Assembly (NCBI GenBank): GCA_011109175.1 | Contig: RDEW01000058.1 | Location: forward strand, 192,033 to 256,032 | Source of the DNA: Dicyema japonicum | Lineage: Eukaryota; Animalia; Dicyemida | DNA length: 64,000 nt | Direction: 5' to 3' | Shown here: positions 54,079 through 64,000 of the stretch, piece after piece | How the letters are laid out: the number at the start of each line of letters is the position of its first letter | Numbering within the stretch: position 1 is the first letter of the stretch | Position numbers and translations under genes: made by a program | Notes under the pieces: model-generated | Database searches by the model: none | Told to the model about the DNA's origin: nothing | The model's input: the letters and a program-made list of their open reading frames with translations, nothing else

Positions 54079-56393
54079 TAATATGATTCTATTGTTAGCA
54101 AAGTGATTAATTGACAAGAAGGTTAGGTAGTGGCTTTTATTGGACGCACTTTCTCATCTTGATGGATTTCCTATGTTTAACTTTTAGGTGGACGGACAAA
54201 TAATAGAGTGGAGAGGTATCGAATATGCGAGTATTCCTGAACTAATAAACGTCGGACGCATAATGCTTTTAGTTTGAATCTTGTTTCCTCCAAATTTGGA
54301 GGTATTCGGACATGTCTGTTTTAAAGAAGAACGGTAGAGCCATAATTTGAATTTTAATTCTAGAATGTGCTAATAATGTTACAGTATATTCAAAAATCAT
54401 TAAGTGCTGACTGTTTAATCTTAGCTAATTTTGAATGAGGGAAGAAAAAAACCACAAGACTTGAGAACACATGAACCACATGATTTGAGAATATCCCACA
54501 ATAATGGGTTATTCTCAAGTAATTAGAAGTCGGTTTTTGTTAATTTTGGATTTCAACTCTTGAATAAAATAGGCAAATCTCTGGAATAGTCATTAAATGT
54601 CCCAAAAAACCAACGAAATTCTAGAACCGATTTTTTATAAAATTCTGAATTTTTATGAAAGTTTTTTTGCTAGCTTTTAAATGTTTGTGTGAGGTGAAAG
54701 ATTTACCGCAATTCAACCCTTTTAACAGTCACTGAAAGCTGGTAAATATGAAGGGAAAACCGTTGAGCTTGGTTGTATCCTCAGGTCCCTCATTAATGTT
54801 AAAAATATGACTTCCTGGTAAATCCTTAATTGCCGAACTGAAATTCTCAGTCACAAATTTACTTTGTTTCATCGTATCTACCAAAGACTGAATTACCAGG
54901 ATATTAAGGGGAAGATATGGCGATTATGTGACCCGACTTCTCTCAAGCCTTGGACTAAATATAGTAAATTCTCCATAGGCATCTGAAACTAATCGGGTCT
55001 CACATAACTTGAGATTTAAGATTTATTAATTTTTTAATTTATTTTTAATTTTAATAATTAATTAGTCAAAGTCAAATTTTTAGTAAATTACAATTTTTGT
55101 GGTCACAATTAGTTAACATTAAAAACCAAATTATTAAGGTAAATTATATCGTTTGGGGTCACAGTAGCTTGGCAACCAATGCTAGTTCGACATGAACAGA
55201 ATATGTAAATCAATTCTTTAATTCAATAATCTATATTTGAGTGAGGTCATGAAAGGCTATTATGTGTGTCGAGAGAACAGTTTTTCGAAAGGCCAGAATT
55301 GACTCTTCCAGTTGTACCAAATAATGACCTGAAAAGCTGAAGACAGCTGAGAGCTATGAATGACCAGGAATCTGATATCATTGACTAACAATCAATGAGT
55401 ATGTAAGAGACTAATAATAGCGATTGTATGAGTGTGTTCATATATCGAATTAATATTATTATGGCGGTTTGTACTACAAATTTGTTCAAAATCTCAAACT
55501 AAGTTTAATTAATTATGATATTTGATTGTATAAGATGACTCGTTTAATATAAAGGTGGAATACCCTGAAGTCAGGACTCCCAATTCATTTGTTTATCAAC
55601 TCTTATTTTTTATTTTTTTCAATATAAAAAATATCTATTTTTCTAAAATACCTCATTTAAGACTAAAATTTGAACGATCTAAGAAAGTCCTAACAAGCGC
55701 ATTTTAGGGTAAGCTCAACAATAAGGTTATAGATATTACAACTGACAACAACCATCCACCTAAAAGAAAAACGGTGAGACTGCAGGAAGTTGTCGCAGTT
55801 TTAGGGGGACACCTGATATTTCTTGAACTTTTATAATGATTAGCTTAACATGAGGGTCCTCTTGAGGTTAAACAAATATATGAAAACATGGCTATTCCGT
55901 TCTCATGACTGCTATGAGCTAACGTTTAAACAAACCATCATAAGGAATGCCGAGGTTTCGACATCTTTGTTTCATGCGGTTAAATGACCGCACGGTTATC
56001 CAGGAAAGTGGCAATCACCCGTTGGATTGTATCGAAAAAACATTATTGCTGTTGAATCTCCCAGAAAATCCAGTAAAATATAAAAGTGGAAGAATGATAA
56101 AATAATTAAAGAGAATCACATTCGGCAAAGAGAACTTTGATCTATAGCGAATTCAGTAGGGAATGTATGGTACCTTGCCCAGAACAAGAGTAAGTTAGAA
56201 ACCTTTGGACAAAACTGGGAGACTACAAATTAGTTGAGGTCATGGAATTTAACCTAAAAGTGTCGGATATAAATATCAATACAACACAAAGTCAATTTAA
56301 TACTATTGATTCTGGTTTGAAAATTTTCAGTACAGGTTTTCATGGCGACGGTCATGGTAACAAAATAAAACACATTCCGACGTTTCATAACAA

Positions 56394-59300
56394 ATGGACA
56401 GTTCACGAACGCGTGAAATATTCCAGCTGAACTGCGAACTAAAAGACAGACTAGACATGGAACAGTCAAATTACAGGAAAAAACTGGAAATGTACCAGCA
56501 ATCCCAACAACGACAGGCAAAACTGGTCAAACGACTTCAAGAGAAGGTGAGGACTGACCTTATCCTAAGGTTATTCAATACAAGGACCGATTGAATGAGT
56601 TAGAAACCAAGGTTATGTCCATCCAGGACTCACAGAGGCGACAGAAGGTTAATTTATATCCCCACTTCAGGTCGAAGTCCCAGAGAGATCAGGAACCTTT
56701 AAACAAAATTCAGAGACAGTGCTTTTTCAGTTGGAAGAGGAGAGTGGGCGAGATTAAGGGAACTAATTTGTCAGAAATTCTGAGCTCAAACAAGTCAACA
56801 GCCATCTCAGAGACCAGCTCGACCAGGCGACTTCTTCAAATCAGCAACTGACTCAGAGAGTAGAAAGTCTCGTTTGTGAGATGAATTCACTCAAAGCCAC
56901 CAACAAAGAGCAAGAAAATGAGTTCTCCCGTCACAACCTGGTAGAATTTGATTTTGAGCAATTTGCAGGAAATGGAGAACTACTTTTCTGCTGAACACAG
57001 CAAAATGCTCTCTCTTTGGAGGGACGTCCATGGATTAAAGAACTCCTTAGAAAGCCTGCGGATGGAAAGTTTCCGGGAAATTTCGGCCAAAAAATCTGAA
57101 GTGGATAAAACTGTGAATTCGGTGAATGACCGCATAATGGGACTTAAACAGAAAACAAAGGAGAATGAGACTGTTTTTATTCTTTTAATTTCAGAGTTTA
57201 AAGAAAGAGGTGGAGAAATTGTTTTCCAAAGTCAACCAGCAGGCCTTTGAGTTAAAAGAGCGCGAAAAAATGTCGGAAAGTTTGGAAGAAATCGATTATA
57301 AACGACGCATGGATTTGGCAGAGCGGGAAAAACAAGCAAATTCTATGCGAGCTACTATCGCTAGATTGGAGGCTGAATGTGAATCCTTGCAGCACAAAAG
57401 AAATGAGGATATTCGAAGAGAAAGAGAAGAGACCGATGCCCTGCATTCGTCTTTACGGAAAATTGCCGCGGTTGGTTTTAACAAAAAACCACAAATAGGC
57501 CTCATTGGGAGATGATGGAAGTTTCGGCGTGAGAAACGAAGTCGATTTGTCATATAAATCCGGGTCAGATGCCACGCAGTCTGCAATCATTGCCGCCTTG
57601 GACAAGAAACAGCTTCAGGTATTCATCAAGCAGAGTACTCTTAGATTGCCGATTTACGAGCAAAGGTGACGACAACAAGGGAGAAAAAGGAGGCTTTGGA
57701 GTCTCAACTGAACGAGGCGACAAACACTGAGCGAACTCTGAGGCGAGAAAATGAAGCCTTAAAGACCGACAATGAAACCCTGTGAAACTATATCCATATT
57801 TTAGACGGGAAAAAATGGCTGTTTTATGTGAAGACAAAGAAAAAACCGAAAATCGCCTAGAAATGAAAACTGTGGACTACTTCCAATTGGAATCAGTAAA
57901 AAAGACTCTCAACGACCGGATCGACAAGCTAACCAACGAAGTAGAGCTATTACAGACCACCAACACAGAGCTTGAAAGACAAAAGTATACCAGTCAGGTT
58001 GTAGAGAGTTAACAAAGCAGGTGGAGCTAGATGACGTTGTGAGAGAACGGGAAAGGCAATTGAAGGAGAACGAGAGATGGTTTGAAGGGAGCTAATTTTA
58101 GCCGCCAAATGATCGACAGAATGGAGAAGACTCATGCCACATTAAAAGACGAATTTTTGGGCGTGAAAGAAGTGCTAAATAAAGTGCAGCTGGAGAAGGA
58201 TGTGGTGGAGAACCAGAAGGTCTATGATGGGATTAGTCTTAGAGAGATCAGCAGGAGGCATATGAGGGATTGGAGAAGGATCACTTACAGTGCACTAATG
58301 AGCTGAGAAAGGTTAAATTTGACAAATCGAACATGGCAGAGACTATCAATGAACAGAATTCTAACATCCAAATACTCGAAAGAGAAAAGAACGAATGTAA
58401 CCGAATTATCAATCAGGTTAATACTCTTTTTTATTTCTTAACCAATTTTAATTAACAATTATTTTAATTAATTTAATTTTATATTATTTAAATTAAATTT
58501 AATTATCATTTTTTTAAATTATTAATTTGTGTTAAATTATCATTATTGTAGCTTGAAAACGAAAAGAGTAAACTTGTTGCAGATAGGAATGACCTCGAGA
58601 AGACTAAATATAACATGCAGGATGAAATAATATCCTTAGAACAGGATAAGACTGAACTACAAGAATTCATCCAATGTGCTTTCAATACTTATTTTAGCCT
58701 ATAAAGAACAGGTTGAGTACTACCAAGTGAAAAAGACAGACTAGAGAACGACCTGATGGAAAATGTTAAGGAAAGACTTGACTTGGCAGATCAATATAAA
58801 CTGGTTTTGATCAAATTTAACATTTTAGCTTAACAAACAGAAAAATTCACTAAGTGAAGATTTGGCTACTGTCAGAAACGACTTCTCTAAGCAGACCGAA
58901 AACTTTGGTCGTCTCAATAAGGAAAAAGAGCAGCTAGTGAAGTCCAACAGCTCACTAAATGAGCAGCTGAGATCTACTGAGAAAGAAAACAGTCAGCAAA
59001 AGGAGGTTCAGCGATTTAATGACACATGCAGTATATTTCTGGCATTAAAGCTGACAAGGCGTCACTTGAAAGCTCGATCTACGACTTGCAGCAGCAAAAC
59101 GCTGTTCTTAGTTCCCGAAAGGAACAACTGGAGGCTGAAAACAAGGAACTCTCTGCTAGAAAAGAATCCTTAGGAAGTTATAGTGTTTATTGACTTAATT
59201 AGATGAATTAGAACGAGCACTAAAAGAGCGGGAAAATTCTGAAGAATCAATGCGCCGTGACTTTGATCTTCTAAGACAGCAATCTACTGAAACCGAACAG

Positions 59301-62300
59301 AGCCTCCGACAGACGTTAGAAGCTTCAAAGAAAGCCTCGGAGGAAGACTCTGAGTTCTTCGTCTCTGAGCAAGTTGACTGTATTGCTCATAAATTAGGAA
59401 CGAATGAGAAGAGAATTCGAACTTAAATGCCAGAATTTGGTCGAAAACAGCAGCAACGAGCTCCAAGAGATGACTCAAAAGTACGCCAGTCAACTAGCCC
59501 ACGTGTGCGATGATATGAACACGCTTAAACTTGATCATGAGAGGGCCATTGGGACCCTGCAGACTGAGAAACAAGAAGTTTCTATTGGCTTGACTAATAT
59601 AGATTGTCTCAAAGCTAGAAGAGGACAATGTCCTTCTACAGGAGAGACTAAGAGAATTGAGGAGGACTATGACCGTACTTCTGATGAACTAAGCAAACTG
59701 AAGTGTGAGTATTCCAGTCTGCAGTCCTGGTCTGATCAAACTATGAAAGGCTTTGAAACTGAAGTGACCAAAGTGAAAGCTGACTTGGCTGCAGCAATGT
59801 GACTTTCCTGCTTATTTTAGGGATCAAAATGCCGAGATGACTAGTGCGTTTAGTAAGGCACGTGAAGACTATGCCCAATACAGAGAAAGGGCTGGCAAAG
59901 AAGCTACGAATTTGTCTAGGAAAGTTGACTCCTTGTCGGACGAGAATATGAGTTTGCGACAAGAAATTTCCAATTTGACTGAGAAAGTCGCAAATTTGAA
60001 CGACACTAAGAAAACCCTAACAAACGACATTAACGAGCTTAAACGTAGACGAAATGACTCATTCTCTTTAGGTTGCCTTTCTGAGGAATCTGCCGAGAAG
60101 GAAATCAAGATTAGAGCCAACAATGAACTGTTAGACAAAGTAAGGAGCCTAGAGAGTGAGAAGACAGAACCACACGTTGTTTGAAGGACTGCAAGAGCAG
60201 ATTGGCATGTTTGTGCCTTTTTCTTAGTCTTAGCACTACAAGGACAATTTGACCAGGCAGAGCTAGAAATTGAACAACTACGGGCGAGTTTAAGGAACTC
60301 AGAGTCTCTTAAAGCTGAGATTGATCAGGAGCGACAACAGTTAGCAAAAGAGTCTAGCCGACTGTCAACAGAATTGGAACAGCTGGTTGTAGACAGGGAG
60401 GAACTGAGCGGCAAAGTGGTTAAGCTGGAAGAAACGGGACGGAATCAGCCGCAAAGACATTTCTAACTACAAGCAAAAGGTTGGTTGTGAGATTGACTTA
60501 GCTTAGCTTTCCGACATGGAGGCTAATAAAGAATTGCTATTGAAAGATTTGGAGAGCTTAAACAACAAGCTAAGAGATTCTGAGAACACACTTCAAGAGA
60601 GGGACTGCGAACTTCAAATGGTATAAACGACTTGAACAGCATGGAGAAAAGACTAAATGGTGAAAAGGAGAGATTGGAGGGGCATTAGAAGCCATGGAAG
60701 AAGTTGTTGGGGTTATTTCGAGATTAGTGAACTGAAAATGGATGTTTCATGCAAGGATGGTCGATTGGGTGTGTTGGAGGCTCAGGTCTGCAAATATGAA
60801 GTCAAAAGCAACTCCCTTGGACATAAATTGGATGTTATCTGCACTGCTATAAGACGGTCTATTGGAGTGGAGCCTTCTAATACTGAAATGAGAACAAGAA
60901 GTATTAGTCCACGACCATTCTGTTGTTTTTTCCGCATTATTTATATTTGTATTATTATTTTATTTTCCATATTTTTTTAAATATTCAATTTATTTTATTA
61001 ATATTACAATTTATTTATTTTATTAAAATATTACATTTTATAATTTTTATTTTATTGACTAACTGCTGTAAATAAAAATAAACTGCTATATAGACATTGA
61101 TGGGTTATAGAGAATATATCCTTTGTGTGTCAACTCACTCAAGCGCTCATCATCTTTCACTGCTGAATTTTGTAAGATTGCGATTTGCTTTAATTTTCAT
61201 ATTATATTTTATCCACTTATTAATTAGTTTACTCTTTGAGAAGTTGCTTGTCTTAAAAATACTAATTTGAATTAACTCAGTTCCATGTCATCATGTATGA
61301 GGTGGGCTTCTATTGAGCGTTGAGTGATTGTGTTGGGTGCCAAGTACCTTAGAGTCACTAAATTTAACTATTTAATAAAATCTTATTATTTCCCGCTTAA
61401 TTTTAAATATTAAATTTATTACTGTATAGTTAAAATCGGCGCGTTTGCAATTTAATATTAAACATATGTTAGACCGAGAACGAGGAAATGGAGTAGACAG
61501 AGAGAATTGTTACTATTTTATAATTTTATAGCTCAGCTGCGGAAGTCGATGAAAATATGTTTCGTTCAGCTATCATTTCTGTTTCGGAAAGACTTGCACG
61601 TGCAGAGAAAGACAGGGTTACTTTGACCGTTTACTTTAGGACGACTTCCAAGCCCAGCTTGCCTTCGCTGACTCTGATATTGCTGATCTAAACAACGATT
61701 GCAGTATTCTCACAAACAAACTCGAACGTGTTCAAAAAGTCATACAAGAACAAGAAAAAGGTTAATTTTTGTTTATTTAAAAATTAAATATTTTTTAATT
61801 ACAAAATAATAAATTTATTCTTCAGAAAAGATCGCTCTTGAGTTACGCCTATCATCCGTCCAATCATCCCTTTCTATGCAGGATGAGGCCATAAAGAAAT
61901 TGGAGGCGGAAAAAAAGTCACTCGTTGAAAAGATGAATTCTCTCGAACAGTCTAACCTTCACAGTCAGACAGATAACAGGAATCTGAATGTATATGATTT
62001 GTTTACATGCAGGAAAAACTGACTCGACTCAAAGCTCAAGAAACGAGCCTAGACAAGGAGGCTGGTAGTTTAAAACAGAATCTTGAGGACCTGACAAACA
62101 GGCTTGCCTACTCGGATAGTGTCCGAATAAAGACGAGGACAATCTGAAACGTTGTAAAAATCTTCTTCAAGGGAAAACTGAAGAGATTGAGGTAAATGTG
62201 TTCTATATGGGAGAAAATCCAAAATCGCTGTTCTAAACAACAGAAACTGGTTGAAGAACTTGAAATTAAGAATTCCGCATTAAATGCCACCGTTGAGCGC

Positions 62301-63284
62301 CAAAATTCAGCCATTTCAAAATTTGACGAAAAATGCGCGCCAATTCAGGATATGGTTAGTGTTGTATTTTTTGAAGACAGAATTCGAAGCTTTCTGCTAT
62401 GTTGACGGATGCTGAGACCAAACTAGAAACTGCCCAGGGACGTATTTCTACTCTACACAAAGATTTGGCAGATTCTGATTATAAGAAGGGGCAGTTACAA
62501 CAGCAACTAGAATCAGCCAGGCAAATCGACTATTTAATACATAGATCTCAGGTTGAGGTCCTAAGACGAGAGAACTCAGCTATTATCGACAGAGCAGACA
62601 ACGTGGGATTCGAATTGCGAGAATGCAAGCAGGAGATGTATGAACTGGAAGGTCAAATTCAACATTTGACGGATTCTGCAGAAAATTATGAGCGGGAAAA
62701 GCTAGCAAATGTCTATCAATTCCGCTGTTCTGAGGAGGCTAGGGAAAAGCTGGAAAACCAGGCCAAATCCCTCACGGAATTACTTGAAGAGGGCGAAAAG
62801 GAGAGAAACTGCTTGAAAAACGCGCTTTTTTCAGTTGAGCGGGAAAAATCGGCAATTCAGCGCCAGTTCTGTTCAGTAATTGTCGTTTTGGATTGCAGGC
62901 GGAAAGCGAAAAGAGGCACGTGGAGGGGAAACTACAGTCTGTCAGTATTGAACAATGCAGAGTATTCAAGAACCTGGAGAAGGAGAACACTGAGCTCCAA
63001 CGGCAAGTTGAGGAACTGCAGATGCAGCTAGTTGATGCAGAAGACACGTGTTCTAAGAGGTAGAATGATTGTGTTAGTAAGATTGGCGGAAATATCAGCC
63101 AGGAAGCACATTGAGTGTGAGAGTGAGGTGCAGAGGATGGTGAATACTCAGATGGAGAATACAAGGTCGTTTGATATGAGGGAGAGGGCCCATCGTAGGA
63201 AAGTGATGGCGTTGGAAGATCAGGTCGTGATTGTAGTTATTTTAGGTGGAAGAATTGAGACGAGAGTTGGGGAGGAAGAAGTGA
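56394..63284 (+). CDS. CROCC: Rootletin (ciliary rootlet coiled-coil protein), ~30 micro-introns. The true start is probably further upstream (~55200-55700). Several 1-nt frameshifts in this assembly.
   Basis: The spliced translation gives YRKKLEMYQQSQQRQAKLVKRLQEK|VIQYK, VNSHLRDQLDQA, YFSAEHSKMLSLWRDV, AALDKKQLQ|I, KASLESSIYDLQQQ and ERAHRRKVMALEDQ|V. These motifs are colinear with rootletin. Stop TGA at 63282-63284. Confidence 0.9.
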
Positions 63285-63649
63285 TTTACTAATAAATATA
63301 TTTTATAACACTGGTTAGAAAAATCTAAATTTAACTAATAAATTATTTGCATTGACATTTTTTTCCCACCTAATATATTGACTGGTTCACTGCTTCTTTA
63401 GCAGGTTAGAGGTTTGCTGGTTGGAAGGTTTCTCCTTTCTTAATACACTTGGAGACATTGAATATCTCAACGTTTGAGAACACCTCAGATTTGTAAATCT
63501 CTATAGTTCGATTTCTGAATAAATGAGAAATATCATCTTAAAAATTAAAGATTTAGCTATTTGATTTAGCCTAAATCTTTTTACTATAAATTCAAGATCT
63601 TCTGCCCCAAATTTGCTTGGATTGAGTCTTGAATTCTTTACTTTTTTCG

Positions 63650-63930
63650 ACTGTTTTATTGTCGAGACTCACTAAACCCATTATTTATTTAAAGATCATC
63701 TACGATGTGGGCATCACCCCCTATCTACCAACGTACGATATCCTATGTCTTTTTTGCAACCTCTACGAGTTGACAGCAAACCACCTATTTGAATGTCATG
63801 TATTAACACAACGTTCGTCTACAAAGTCAGTACTAACCGATCTATGGGAAGACCAACATCTGCAGCTTCCTATTTAATAGCGGCTGGCTTCCTACAAGTT
63901 TGTGAGGCTGGGGCAACTTAACTAGAGATA
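63650..63930 (+). mobile_element. 3' fragment of the I/Jockey-group LINE family
   Basis: LPTYDILCLFCNLYELTANHLFEC, matching 18160-18290. Confidence 0.6.
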
Positions 63931-64000
63931 CGTTATTTGTTATATTTTTCAAATTATAGCTTATTATATATAATTTTATAAATATTTGTCATTTTCTAAT

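Overview
AT-rich eukaryotic, metazoan-type genomic DNA with one assembly gap (N 9886-10276). Genes are split by very small spliceosomal introns (mostly 21-28 nt), which points to a miniaturised parasite genome such as a dicyemid mesozoan (inference). About 54 kb is decayed sequence. It holds three rDNA fragments (18S 5' part, 18S 3' part, 28S 3' end plus spacer), a SWR1/SRCAP/domino pseudogene, RTE-, CRE- and I-like LINE remnants and a Ty3/gypsy fragment. It also holds hAT, MULE, pogo/Tigger and Ginger-like DNA transposons, several of them nested. The last ~8 kb carry a rootletin (CROCC) gene with about 30 micro-introns. The most interesting item is a ~2 kb block present twice (7748-9753 and 34561-36553). 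It pairs a conserved minus-strand unit head-to-head with an LRR-exon gene, which in copy 1 continues into jacalin-like and Ca-binding EGF modules. Its exons have diverged far more than its introns and upstream DNA, suggesting an undescribed hypervariable receptor/lectin family. All alignments and translations were done by eye.
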